From: Tubiluchus corallicola
Lineage: Eukaryota > Animalia > Priapulida
Length of the DNA: 64,000 nt
Direction: 5' to 3'
NCBI GenBank assembly: GCA_030141605.1
Contig: JAQGDQ010000675.1
Coordinates: forward strand, 50,610 to 114,609
Made by a program: the position numbers and the translations under genes. Positions 23,931-37,757 of the stretch are shown piece by piece (the stretch's first letter is position 1; every line of letters begins with the position of its first letter). The notes beneath the pieces were generated by a model, which was not told where the DNA came from, searched no databases, and saw only the letters and a program-made list of their open reading frames with translations.

Positions 23931-24793
23931 AAAGTCGTTTTTTTACGAATTCTTCCCCTAGAAGCCTGATTTTGTTCATTTTACAACAAACCTTACTTAG
24001 AGGAGCAACAAAGATACTGATTACAAAAAATAATTATTGCTCTACAAATATCTAGCAATCTTCATTTATGCAGCCCCATACAACTTGCATACCAAAGATT
24101 CCCGCTGTTGGAATTGCATACAATAATGATGCCATTGCTAACTGTGCCAGAACACTATCAACAAAATTTTCGAACAAATAGGTAATTACGGAATTACTTC
24201 TGCAAATATTTTCAGTTATCAAATACAGTTTAGACCAAAAATTAAAAAGAGGTATGGAGCAGTAATTAGGGGAGAGCATGAAACGTTTGACTTTGATTCG
24301 AAAGAGTTATTTGAGCTCGAAGCACAATTTAGCTGCGACTTGTATGCAGAATTTATATGTAACAGATTATTAGTGGTTTTACTGCAGAACAAAATTGAGT
24401 AATATGCACGATCTCTGTGATACTGCTTTTTATTAGTGATTCGAAATTTTGTTCGAAAATCTTTAAAACTCAATGCAAAATCATGTTGCATTCGAAAATG
24501 TTGGAATTCAATTTGATTCGATTTCGAAAAAGATCGAGACATTTATTATTTTTAGGAAAAGTTTATCGATTACTGAAACTACAGTACTGTAATTTCCTCT
24601 CAATAATTAGCTATTTACAAGGAAGGCTTACTGCTCCGAGTTGCAAGCTAGCTTCTGCTGGCCGCGGTTTATTAATAACGTATGGCGCTAGCGCCATCTA
24701 CTGCCAGATTTCATGCTAACAAATGTCGCCATGCATTTGCATTGTTTATTATTGAAAGATGCTTATAGAAACAAGGGGTGAGCATTCTCTACC

Positions 24794-25395
24794 TTCCTCT
24801 TCTTCAAAGTCTCATTCCACCTATTGTAGGCATAGAGGCATCAACATTTATCAGACTACTCCACCCATTTTACCTAAAGTTCTTTTATACCGAAAGATAG
24901 ATTTGGTTGAAGTTGTTGAACATCTTTATTTATCTTAGCTATCCAAGTTGTTTTAGGTTTGCCAGGTGATTTTTTGCAAGGTTTTAAGGCTTCCTTTAAG
25001 GCGCTTCTTACTGGTACTTCATTTTATAATCTTAGAAGATGTCCTAGCCATCTCAATCTTCGGATCTTGACTTTTGAACTGCAAGAAATTTTTTTCATCC
25101 CAATGTATAAATTTTCATCTTTGATTATGTGTAGCCATCTTATCTTTAAAACTTTCCTAAGAAGACTTCTATGAAATGTGTTAATCTGCTTTTCTTGAGT
25201 AATCGCTAAACCCCAAGTATCACTGTTGTACATAAATATGTTGGTAACGTAAGCATTAAATAATCAAAGTCTCACGTTAAGACGTAATTTTTTGTTAGTT
25301 AATACATTCTTGTGCTGAAGAAAAGCACGCATTGTTTGTTACTTTCTACTTTTACTATCATATTCAGTGAGAGAAGTGCCCAAGTAACTTTCTCC
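24794..25395 (-). pseudogene. Decayed RTE-clade retrotransposon RT C-terminal fragment nested in a TTCGAA MITE
   Basis: YNSDTW...FHRSLLRKVLKIRW...ENLY...RRLRWLGHLLRL is the typical RTE RT C-terminus. MITE sequence resumes on the other side. Confidence 0.75.
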
Positions 25396-25494
25396 ATCAC
25401 AAAGCGAATTTGAATCGAATCGAATTTGTGACTTTCGAATTCAAACGTTCGATGCTCAAACCTAATCGAAACTGTTTGGTCAGTCAGAACTTAC

Positions 25495-25586
25495 GAGATA
25501 GTGAGGATCTGGTATGCCAGGTCTCCTCTCATCTTCCATCTGATGAATCTTGTCTTCTAGTCTTCGTATATACTGTACGGTTTGCT
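25495..25586 (-). CDS. CCDC85: CCDC85 coding exon 2: (E)QTVQYIRRLEDKIHQMEDERRPGIPDPHYL
   Basis: Acceptor ttttaacttacag and donor gtaagt. Phase 1 in, phase 0 out, matching both neighbours. YIRxLE matches the CCDC85 mid-region coil. Confidence 0.85.
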
Positions 25587-27224
25587 CTGTAAGTTAAAAT
25601 AAGCAACACAATTAAAAACAAGGACAGATCACAAAGCAATCAGTTACATAACCGCTATCTTAACTTTAAAAGTAGAACAGGTTGGTTTTTCACCCCATTT
25701 CCAACTACAGTAAAATGTATACATTTTAACACACATTATATTACCTTGAAGCGTTTCTGATAATTACATAATAGATTAAAATTTAATTAACGGCAAGCTG
25801 GCCCAACTAGTGATGACATCACAAACTAACGTAATTTTCAACAGCAAAAATATTCCACGAACGTGTTGCACGAACGTATTGCAAAAATTGAAGCACATTG
25901 TTACTGTACAAAATTCAGTGTACTATACTGTGGCAAATTTTGAGATCAAATTTTAAATTTTAAATTTACCGCCATGCTCATGCAACAGCAGTCAAGTGTT
26001 TATTACGTCACAAATGAACAGCTCTGAACTGACAGGTACAGCACCTGTTTTTTTCAAGTAACGTTTTTTGAAATGCAGGTGCTAGTGCCCATCTAACTAA
26101 CGAATGGCGAAATGCATGTAACAGCGAAGAACTAGTGAAATTTTTTTGAAAAAATACTATGTTTCCTTTCAATACTTTAAAGAATAGATTGTTTTGACCT
26201 ACAGTTTAAGATTGGGTCCGGTGTTGCTATGATGTTTTAATGAACCATGTCAAACCATCTCGGCATAAGCTTTATTTGAATATCTTATACAATGTATGGC
26301 ACATTCCCTGTAGATGACCTTTAGGTGACCTCAGATGGGTCAACATTTGTTAGTGTCAAACCCGTCTCACTCTAAGTTTTAATTTGATATATTACTCGAT
26401 ATGATTGAGACATTCATTGTTGATGACCTTTGGGAGACCCCGAGTGGGCCAAACTTTTGGCAGTGTCAAAAAAATCTAGCATTACAATGTTTTCTGTATG
26501 TTGCATCTGTTTGGCTTGAAAATTGTCAAAGAATATGTACCTTTTATGTTTTGGAAGAAATGGTCATGTTTACACCCTAGTAACTGCCAAATTAAGACCT
26601 TGTACGCCATAGCAACTGCTGGACTTTTGAAAGGTCATATAATGTATTTTCCAAAATTGCTATAAAAACATTTTGTTTACCGCATACATCACGTAGATTT
26701 TTAACAAAATGTACAAAATCCCACATAACTTGAACATTCATGATCCTCTGGGTCGCGACCTCTCAAGCCTAGCTCATTCATTTTGACACAAGACATGCAT
26801 CTTATGCCAAGGTTGCTGCGCACCAAAAGTCTACGACATGAGACAAAAGGTAATGAGTAATTATAGAAACTCAAACCGAGAGACTCCGCATGACGGCAAT
26901 ACACCCCATTACTGATTAAAGTCAGGGGACCTAAAAACGAATGCACTGCACCGTGATTAGGCCAGTTGATGAATACGCTTGCCAGGTATGGCACTCAACA
27001 AATCTCTCTCTCTGATTTGTTAGAAACTTTTCAAAAACGCTCATTGAACATTATTTTTCCAAATGCATACTATGCAAATGCTCTAATTTTGGCTAATCTT
27101 CAACCTTCATTTAAAATTCTGCAAATGTCGGCAAAATTCTTGTAAAAATTTGTTCAATTGAAAATCCCAATAGTAAAATCCACTCTCTATTGTCAGATGC
27201 TCATATTCATAGATACAGTATAGA

Positions 27225-29061
27225 GTTTCAAGAGTTTATTCATTTTCCACATTGCATCATTACAATTAGCATTAAAATACAGATAATTTTCCATTTGAGT
27301 AAATATAAATATAAATATGAATAAATGCAATATTATTAAGAAATTTCATAATGCGGGATATACATGTGCAAATTTCATTACAGAATAATTTTTTGATGCA
27401 TACAGTTTGAGCCTAAAAGCATAGCTTGACAGGCCAAACTGTATGTGGAAATCTTAAAAAAAATGGGGGGGGGAGTAGTGAATAAAAGATGAAATGGAGC
27501 GAGAAACTAAGAAAAACTGTGATCATGGTTACAAAGTGTTCAGTATCCTGTTAAACATAGTCACGTTATATTAAGATTACTGTAGCAAAAAATGCAGGTT
27601 ATTACCATTATCAAATTGTGTTACTCTTCAATACTTTTGAAATATTTCTTTTCTGACGGTTTTTTTAAAAGTTAAAAGGGAGTGACTACATTTCGAATTG
27701 CGGCTTAGTCTGTTCCATAGGACTGGCCCCATATAGCTGATGAAGTGTTTCGCCATATTTGTTCTACAACGTCTTGGTATATATTCATTATGTCTGGTAT
27801 TGTATTTTTTTACATTTATCTTGACTGGATTTTCAAAAAAAGTTGGAAATAAGTTGTTGTTGGTTCTATACATGTATATACATCCATTAAAATTAATAAC
27901 ATCATCCAGAAGTAATATTTGACATTGCTTAAAATGTGTAGTAGTAATTGTGCTCCTTTTGTCTAGTTTGAAGATGACACGTAAAAATTTTCGTTGTAAA
28001 ACTCTTAAGCATTCTAAATTTGTAGTATAAGTAAAGCCCCATAATGTTGTGCAGTAATTTAAATATGATAATATTAAACTGTTGTATAATGTTAGAAGAT
28101 GTTCGGTGTTCAGAAAGTTTTTAATATATGAGATGATACCTATATTTTTTGATATTTTTAATCTGATCATGAATATATGTGGTCGCCAGTCTAGATGCTC
28201 ATTCAGTATTAATCCCAGAAATTTCAGTTCTTTTACACGTGTAATTCTTTTATGGTCTATTATTAAATCGTGGTTCGCCTGAATTGGTTTATTTCGGGAT
28301 CTAAACAGAATGTATTTTGTTTTTGATGAATTTAGTGAAAGTTTATTTGTTTTGAACCATATAGCTAGATCATGTAGAACTGTATTTATGTAGTCAATAT
28401 TGGTTTCTATTTTATGAAAGCTAAAAAAAATGCTTGTATCATCAGCAAACTGAAATAAATTGTGATTTTTAACACAAAATTTGATGTCATTAATATAAAT
28501 TAGAAAAAGTAGTGGCCCGAGGACTGAGCCTTGGGGCACGCCACATTTGATTGTTGTTACATCTGAAAAAGCGTTATTATATTTTACTGTCTGAGTGCGC
28601 CCTGTTAAATAATTCTTTAGCCACATATGAGGCAAACCTCTGATACCGTAATAGTACAACTTATTTAGCAGAATGTCATGGTTTACTGTATCAAATGCTT
28701 TTGATAGGTCGCAAAATACTCCGTAGGATGTGCCATTTTTTTCAACAGTATTAATGATATTTTCTATAATTTTTGTTAAGGCCATTTCAGTGGAGCTACC
28801 TTTTCTGAAACCAAATTGTTTATTACTCAGAATTCTTTTTTTTATTAAATAATGAGATAACTGATTGTAAAAAACTTTTTCTAATATTTTTGATATAAAA
28901 GGCAATAAGGACACTGGTCTATAATTGTTCAGAGACATGGGATCATCTGATTTAAACAAAGGAACAATAATTGATTCTTTCAATTTCGTTGGTATTTCAC
29001 CTGTAAGAAAAGATAAATTAATTAAATATTGCAAAGGTTTAGAGATGTAGTCAATGGTCAC
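27225..29061 (-). mobile_element. 5'-truncated LINE (L2/CR1 group) with 3' UTR, inside the large CCDC85 intron
   Basis: RT ORF followed by ~400 nt of 3' UTR containing a stem-loop (27400-27445) and AATAAA. The UTR is homologous to 45050-45445. Confidence 0.85.
27628..29061 (-). CDS. Non-LTR retrotransposon reverse transcriptase (L2/CR1 group), 5'-truncated but open
   Basis: Motifs NNYRPVSLLP, QFGFR, DLSKAFDTVNH, GVPQGSVLGPLLFLIYIND, FADDT and KFLG. No endonuclease domain and no true ATG start. Confidence 0.93.
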   Translation of the reverse strand: MTIDYISKPLQYLINLSFLTGEIPTKLKESIIVPLFKSDDPMSLNNYRPVSLLPFISKILEKVFYNQLSHYLIKKRILSNKQFGFRKGSSTEMALTKIIENIINTVEKNGTSYGVFCDLSKAFDTVNHDILLNKLYYYGIRGLPHMWLKNYLTGRTQTVKYNNAFSDVTTIKCGVPQGSVLGPLLFLIYINDIKFCVKNHNLFQFADDTSIFFSFHKIETNIDYINTVLHDLAIWFKTNKLSLNSSKTKYILFRSRNKPIQANHDLIIDHKRITRVKELKFLGLILNEHLDWRPHIFMIRLKISKNIGIISYIKNFLNTEHLLTLYNSLILSYLNYCTTLWGFTYTTNLECLRVLQRKFLRVIFKLDKRSTITTTHFKQCQILLLDDVINFNGCIYMYRTNNNLFPTFFENPVKINVKKYNTRHNEYIPRRCRTNMAKHFISYMGPVLWNRLSRNSKCSHSLLTFKKTVRKEIFQKY

Positions 29062-31248
29062 CTATACATGTAGTATAGCACATGCCACCATCTGAAATGC
29101 CCTTTTACCTAGATGATGAACTGAGAAATTCAAGAACAGCTCATCTCATATGGCTTATTTAATTTCCAAACAAGTTAATCTTATGTTTATTTCTCATTTC
29201 TTAAGGGTAGCTGACCAATTGGTCTTTCGCTACTATTTCTCCTGCACCCCTTAACTCTTTCCTTTACGCTTAATTTATCCTTTTTAATCAATAACTAAAA
29301 AAATAATAGTCAATTTGTATACAGGTGTAAATGAGGAGATAAATAAAAATGTCTATGTTATTTCATTCAAGTATATTGCAACAGTGTAATTCTGCTTGTC
29401 CCCGTATGCTCCACCTTGCATATTCTTTTAAATTTTTATATTTTGTTCTGTGCTGCAATTCTGCCTTTTGGTTGTACTGAGAAAAAAACTTAGATATAGA
29501 ACACAAAATGTAAAAAGAACTTCCGTACGCAGAGATAACTACTGTGGTGACTCCACCGAATCGCTGAAAGACAATTCTTTCTCACTTCAACAATGAAACG
29601 AGCTTTTTCTAAATGACAGGGAAGAAACCGCTGACGCGCGTCTAAACCACCATCAATCATCAAAAAGCTGTAAGTTTTAATAAGCGCTCGTGACAATGTG
29701 TTATTATAAAGCCGCGCAGCAGTCGCAAGCAGAGAAATCTTGAGAACACAAGAGACACGTGTGTTTAAAATTCTCGCCGCCAGGAGATAATAATAGTGGA
29801 AGTGGACGGCTGAGCAGAGTGAGTGATCTGTACAGAGTCAGTGACCGGAAATAAAATGCACTGAAACACGTAAAAACAAACACAAGAAAAAAAACAGATA
29901 GGAACAATAGCTGACATTATAGAGATAAATTCCAACTTCTCTTCGTGCAAGAAATTCTTACACAAAACGGAGGTTACAGTTACACGAAAAAGCCATTTCT
30001 TTGCAAATTAAATCTTAAGGTCAACCTGAGTTGTGATAATTCGTTTTGGAAAATGCAAGTATCGATCAATTTGTCACACGGGGGACAGATGCCGCATTAA
30101 AGAGAAGGAAAAGAGAATTTTAAAGTATGCCCCCAAAAAGTAGTCACGCAATGTTATGCTACTTAGCATTATGCGTACCTGTTGGAAAGACATATGTAAC
30201 TAGAAAAGAAAATTATATAGTAATTTAAAATGTCGATACCACCTGGTAAAATGCCACTGACTCACTTTCCCAGTGTGCGCCACTGATTCAACACAAAACC
30301 TATTTTTAATTTTACTGACAAGATACTGTAACTTATACTTTTGCTTAGGTAGTAAAGAGTGCGGTATGAATGCTTTGATTATTTTTTCAAATTTTACGCA
30401 ATGTTATCTAAATTTGTTTCTTACGATTTACGACTTTTCTTTCCTAGGCATTAAATTTGTCACATTTGTCCAGAAAAGTTCTACAGAGGTTATCAGATTT
30501 GTAGCTTATAAAGCTTTCTGATTGGACTCCTCATGATCAAAGACTAAAAATTACCACATCATTGCAAGTACGGGGCTGATCCATAACTCAACAAACTATT
30601 TCTAAAAATTATAGATCTTCCCCTGGATAACCTGCTAGCAGGTATGAGAAGCACCTGGGCGAATAGGAAATGAGGGATTATAACTCTACCAGCTCTGACA
30701 TGAAAGAGTAGAGATTAGGGGAGGTGAAGTGCTTTTTACACTACAATAGCTGATCGCAATTTTCAAAGGCAAAATGCTTGAAAATCGCAAAGATCTGTGT
30801 TCCTGGTTATTACGGACAAAAAGCTGTGTCCTAGAAGTAAAAATAACAGGCAGTTGAGTTGAGGTCAGTATACACGTGAGGAATGATGATGATGATGATG
30901 GTTTCAAATGGACAGTTTTGACAGCATGAGAGAAAACCCTTCTCATTCAAACATCTTTTAACATGTACAAACATACGTACAAAGCCAACTTTTGATAATC
31001 AAAAGAAAAAATACAATTTTCCAGGACCATAGCCCCATGCATGTATCAGACCTGCTAATCAAAAAAATAATGTCTAGGCTGATTTGTAATTATGAAACGG
31101 TGTTTTTCTAGGATGTCGGTATGTATGTTACAAATAGTTTTATGTTTAACACGTTCAAGTGCAATGTCTACGCCTTGGAATTTAATTTTCTATTACAACC
31201 AATGCATTAGGAGTACATAGAGAGAGAAGAAAAGAGGGTGAAAGAAAG

Positions 31249-31251
<3 letters not shown>

Positions 31252-31342
<91 letters not shown>
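31252..31342. repeat. (GA)n microsatellite
   Basis: Direct reading. Confidence 0.95.
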
Positions 31343-31346
<4 letters not shown>

Positions 31347-32007
31347 CACCACACAGATATTTGCAGTCAATATCCTTGCAGATTTGTTAAAAGAAAAACC
31401 TATTAAGTCTCTAGTCTCGGATCTACGCTCTAACAGCGGCTTGTAAGAATTTTATACGAGCTGACCTTCGAATACTTCAAGTGTGCCAGATTTTCTTTAC
31501 ACATCTCAGCTTTGACGTAAACTCGCCTTGTTGAATGTCCTACTTACTAGATGTTTTTTATAGATGTCAATGTAATAATGCAGGCTAATAGAAATACCAT
31601 TAAAGTTATTGTTCGACTTCGTGCTAACGTACTCTAATATGAGGCCTGGGGCCTGCGGCGTTTTTGCATTGTCAAACAGTTTATAACTTATACTACAGGC
31701 TACTACCATCAGGCTTAGTATATTATTGTATTTGTTCGTAACATTTTAAACCTTGATTCGTATCATGTCAGTATGAGCAAATCTTCGCAGAATGTAGATT
31801 CATTTCATTTCTTATTGCCTTGAGAATGTTCGACAGTCGGAAGTCCTTTTTAGGGATCAAACCAAGATCAGAATCTATATAACTATTGTAACTTGTGAGT
31901 AATTGATGGATAATTTTTGCTATACGGGTTTACAATGATCGATATAATTCAGAGAAGGAACACCCCGCAAAAACCTCACCCTTAGACAACAGTAGTATTC
32001 ATTAAAC

Positions 32008-32011
<4 letters not shown>

Positions 32012-32080
<69 letters not shown>

Positions 32081-32163
32081 AAAAGAGATAGAAAACGAGA
32101 GGGAGACAGAAAGAGAGAGGGAGAGAGACAGAAAGAGAGAGAGAGGGAAAGAGAAAGACAGAA

Positions 32164-32230
<67 letters not shown>
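32012..32230. repeat. Compound (GA)n microsatellite
   Basis: Direct reading. Confidence 0.95.
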
Positions 32231-33304
32231 TCGTGGACAAAACACGTAACTTTTTACGGTAGCAGCTAAAATAGGTGGAATACATATAGTAACAATAACT
32301 AAGTAATTAAACACGTGCTAATTAGCTACTAATAAACCTGAACTTGTACCTCGGATTCATGTATACTGAACACGTGATCCGTAGTTGATTTCGTCTCAGT
32401 TTCTGCATGAATCTTCAGCTTCAAACGTTTAAAAATAACAACTTTCAACGTTTTCAAAAAACTTAGATGCGGTTCGCGTAGCTTCAGAAATTCCATTTAT
32501 GAGTAAGAGTTGAACTCAGTAAAACTGTTAAGAAAATAATTACTATTTAAAACGTCTTAGCATGACTCAGTCCAACCTCTCAACACGAATTCGCTTCTTC
32601 TGGGCAGTTTGATTACTGTTATTACGAAACTCAAGCTAAAAACTCGGTCGGGTACTTGGGCCTCCATAGTTCTACGTCGCTCAAAAACAACGGCAGAAAA
32701 AATGGGGTTACAGGGACGCGTTAACTTTAAGGTAACAACTTTGCCTAATCAGACCATACATAACTAATGCAATCATTTGGGTTATTTGAAAAAGATTCAT
32801 CATTATACGTGACGCCAGTGACACGGAAACAACAGCAACTAAAGTTGCATAAGCAAAGAAAAAGCACCAGGCATAAATCTATGACTTAAACCATTACGTG
32901 TCTATGATACAGTTTATAATATGTGCAGACTGTGTACTTTGTGAAAGTTTATGCAAAAGACAAATATTACGAAATATCTTTAACAATTTTCTGTTTATTT
33001 ATAATAAAGATATTCAGGCCTATAAAACTAGACAGGCAAGCAACTTCCAGGCTCCCAAGTCCAAAACAAATGTTTTGAAATATTTTATTAAATACAACGG
33101 CGCTATTTGACGGAACAATATTTCATATGACTTGAAAATTGTTACAAATGTGAAACATCTAGAGGTCAAAATAAAAATGTTTTAGTTAGTTTCTATTAAA
33201 TTGTGATTTTAGATTTGAGCATAATATTGTATTGTAATAGTCATATTTTTTATATTTGTCATTTTACTTTTATATTAGTACTTGTATATGATGTTTTCAA
33301 GTAC

Positions 33305-33523
33305 TTAAACAGCACAACTTTATTAAAGCTTTTAATTTACGTAGTTAAAAAATCATGTCAAACGTTTCGACAGAGCTACTGCCGTCATCACTAGTGGTAA
33401 TTTTTTACAAACATACAACCAGTAAAAAAATTACTACTGATGATGACAGCAGTAGCTCGAAACTTTTGGCATGATTTTTTAACTATGTAAATTAAAAGTT
33501 TTAATAAAGCTGTGATGTTTTAA
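33305..33523. repeat. ~220-bp palindrome resembling inverted Penelope-like element termini with a hammerhead core
   Basis: Arms 33305-33410 and 33425-33523 are reverse complements. CTGATGA at 33437 and GAAAC at 33459; AATAAA near the arm ends. Confidence 0.6.
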
Positions 33524-33844
33524 CTATAAATGTTTTTAAACTGACGTTTTAATTAGGTCACATTTTACTCTTTTTGTTGGTCAACTAACAAAAGACAAAT
33601 ATGTTTTTACAAACGCAAACAGGTAAATAAGTCAGAGGACTTCAACATCTTCCTGTCATTAGAATATCTAGGCTACAGACTCAAATTTTTTAAACATTTT
33701 TTTGGTTCACACGTTACACCATTTTTACTGTGCTTGTAAATAATAATAATATGACAATAAATTATTAAAAACAAAGAAAGCACGTATTACAGGCAAGTAA
33801 TGTTAAAGCACAAGAAAACCCTGCACTTGCATGAAGCTTAGAAA

Positions 33845-34460
33845 ATTCGTCTTGAAATTTTATACCGTTTACATACTGCCTTTTTTGCATGCAAGGCTTG
33901 CGTCGGTAGTAACGCTGTATAAAACTTGTAAATTTAAATTCCCGCGATGACCGTTAGGCGCAGCCATTTTAATGGTAGGTTGTTTGAAACAAGATTAGAT
34001 AACATTAGGCAAAGTTTGAAAAAACAATCAGAGCATTCGTAGCGCACATGTTACCAACTAAGTAAAATTTTAAATTATTGTATCTTGCCAGTAAGATTAA
34101 AAATACGTTTTTGGTTAGTGAGTGGTTCACCCTGGAGGGTGAGTCAACGATATTTTACCAATTGGCACGAGCATTTTAAATTATCGTTTCTAGTTACGTA
34201 AGTCTTTCCAGCAGGTAAGTGAAATGCTAAGTGATATAGATTTGCATGGAAAGGTTTTTGGGGCATAATTTATCATGCCTTTTCTTTTCCGGTGTGCGTA
34301 TATGACGTCATGTAATGGCGCCATCGGAACAGTATAGCTGGAGATTCAAAAATACCTTTTAATGGGAGTACGATATAAGCATAAAATTGCTGTTAAGTAA
34401 TATCATTTTAAGGCTATTTTTCTGAAACCTACTTCAGGTACCCCTTTTCTTGTCCTTTAA
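33845..34460 (+). mobile_element. Third dispersed TTAA-ended family (gatgaccgttagacgcagccatttt core)
   Basis: Homologous copies at ~6140-6570, 30240-30420 (inverted), 36675-37100, 51058-51550 and 62290-62922. Terminus cttgtccttTAA/TTAAaggacaag. Confidence 0.7.
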
Positions 34461-34599
34461 ATTCATTTCTGTCCGTCCCACTGAATAAGGCCAGTAAACT
34501 GACCCATATTAATGAGACTGGATTATCCTAAACTCACTCATCCAAGATATCCTCGCCTAAACGGATTAGGGATTAGCTTCATTGTCTGAATGCAAGGAA

Positions 34600-35730
34600 A
34601 ACACGTCGTCGGTATGAAGTTTTTTAGCCGCATTTTTCCGGGGCGGTCAAGTCGTGGACGCGCAGAGTTCTCTGGTCACCCCCTATTGTTTACCTTCACT
34701 TTTTTGCAAATTCACTGAACAATTTTCTGCGTTTGAAAAGGTATTAGTCCACCATTCTCATGTAAACAGGAGTTTGACCAATTAAGCGGTTTATAATGGT
34801 GGATAAACACAATCTTACACCCTGTTACAGGTTTTTGGAGGCGCACTTGGCCCTGATCGTGTGTGGTGTAAACTCAGCTGCTACGATTGCGGTGCCTTTT
34901 TAACTGAAACGCTTTTTTACTGGACAATGTAGCGTCTGTAGTGGCAGACTGAACGTTTGTTTACATACGATTATCTGTAATTTTCGTTTCCTTGCCACCG
35001 CTGTTGCTCGCAGAATGTCCTCAGCTTCATCAAGCCGTGTTTTTTAGCTTTATCTAAACTTTTGGGATGTCAGATAAAAACCTTGTTTTCAGTCCAAACT
35101 GCAACGCGTTACTTCGTGTGACAAAAAGTTGAAAAAGCAGCGTTTGATGCTGAAATCATATTTCAATGGCTGAAATGAAATTTCAAAAGAAAGAAATATG
35201 AAACGGCTGGATTAGAATCAGATGCCTTTTAAATATAAGCCCTTCGTCTTTCCCAGCGAAACTATACGTAGTGAGTTTAACTGATTTTTGGATCCGGAGC
35301 GATACCTAAAGCTTGGTCATGTTGTTGGTCTTGTAGTTACAGTTTTATTTGAAAGCTCCCACAGGGCACAGATTTCATCATAGGAGCTGAAATTGCACTA
35401 AGGTAATAAGTACTTCGGGCCATTGCACAGTGAGTAACAGAGCCCGATTTTTCACTTTCCCAATACGCTCCTCAAATATGCCCCGTTACATGGATCCGAA
35501 GCTAGTATAGGTCCTATAAGTTATGAAAGACGTTTTTACAGCACCGCAAACCGCCAGACGGTATCCAACAAGAGTGGCAATATCTACTCATTGTGGTAAG
35601 ACTGGAATCTAGCGCAGATAATCGTTTAAGATTAGATACTGAACTTACACACGTGTCTCAGCCACATTCGACTGGATACGTCTGCCTTAGCGAGATAAAT
35701 AACGGGGGAGGGGAGAGGGGCAGCATGTCA
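34600..35730 (-). pseudogene. Decayed Ty3/Gypsy gag-like remnant
   Basis: Frameshifted translation gives MLPLSPPPLF, NDYL, an ALLL-HCA-GPEV-like stretch, RLDEAEDILRA, and a broken HDQG-KC...KTCNR-CK...HY zinc-knuckle pattern. Many stops. Confidence 0.45.
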
Positions 35731-37274
35731 GACGAAACTACCCAGAAGCAGTTTCTTGGCAGTCACCCACACGTGCTAACCAGGCTAAGTGTTGTTTACT
35801 TTTAGCAGCTGAAGTAATTTTGTTTTTCTTGCCATAATCTTAGATTTTAGCACCATCAGTTTTTACCCATTCATTAATTTATTCACATATGCTTAACATA
35901 ATAAGTATATTGACCTCATTCGCCGAGTGACGTTCAGCTAAGTGTAAAATTTCTCATTGAAAGTTAAACGTTAATTAATCATGGGTAAATCATTTGAAAC
36001 AAATGTGTCATGTTGACGACAGGCAGTTGATCACCAATTCACCATTCACTTTTAATAAATGAACAAATTGTAAGCAAGGCATTTAGATACTTGGAGAATT
36101 TTAACCGTTTAAGCTTCATAAGAAAGTTCTCACAAAGAAGATCATTAATAAACTGTCAGGTAAATTCTGCATGCAAGTCAAACGCTTAAAGTACAAGAAA
36201 ACACTCTTCATAGATAAGGTTTAAAGGAACACTTAATCTTAGATTAATCTTGTACATATAGTTAACATAATAATACAGGTGTCGCAATCGTAAAGGACAC
36301 GACACAATACTACAGGTTGTTTCATAAATCCCTCACTGATTTGATTTTCAATTTTATTTGCGTTTGTATCGGGTGGCGCAGAAAAAATGTTCCGAAGTTT
36401 AAACTACAACTATATTAGAGGAAGTAACCAACAAAGTCCACAACAAACTAACACAAACGAGCTGAAAGGTACAGCACCTGCTTTTTGTGCAATTTGTTTC
36501 TAAAATACAAGCGATAGTGCCCGTCTAACTAGCGAATGGCGAAACGCATGTAACAGCAAAGAACTGTGTGGTAATAATTCTCATTGTTGAAAAAAACAGA
36601 ATGTTTCCTTTCAATATTTTAAAGAGTAAATTGTTTTGACCTGCAGTTTAAGATCGGGTCCGATTTTGCTTTAAGAAATTCGACTCGAAATTTGTATCAC
36701 TTACATGCTATATTATTGCATGCAGGGCTTGAGTTGGCAGTAACACTGTATAAAACTTGTAAATTTAAGCTCCTGCATGACCATTAGGTGCAGCCATTTT
36801 GACAGTAAGTCTTTTGAAATAAGTTTAGATAACATTGCACAAAATTTGAAAAAATGATCAGGGCATTCGTAGCACACTCTTCACTAAGTAAACAAAAGAA
36901 TAAATTACTTTATATCAGCAACATCAATAATGTGCTTTCTGGTGAGTCAGTGGTGCATGCTGGGAAGGTAATACAGTGACCTTTTACCAGTTGGCGCGAA
37001 TATGTTAAATTATTAAAAAATTTCTTTACCAATTACACAAAACTTACAAACAGGACAGTGCAATGTTAAGCAATATAACTTTGCACGGAAAGTTTTATAT
37101 TATTATTATTATATATATATAATATAATATATATATATAATATATATATATATATTATGAGTGTGTGAATAAATGTATTTATTTGTAACTAACATTTTAA
37201 ATGTAAGCTAACCTCGCTTAATATAACAATATTAAGAGGGCTTGATTTGGAATGAATTTGTGAGTAAAAGATTT

Positions 37275-37757
<483 letters not shown>

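Noticed and set aside
29490-29965. Possible alternative promoter or exon in the CCDC85 intron (CpG-richer, TATAAA at ~29705)
   Set aside because: No supportable ORF or phase-compatible exon; cannot be distinguished from chance without transcript data.
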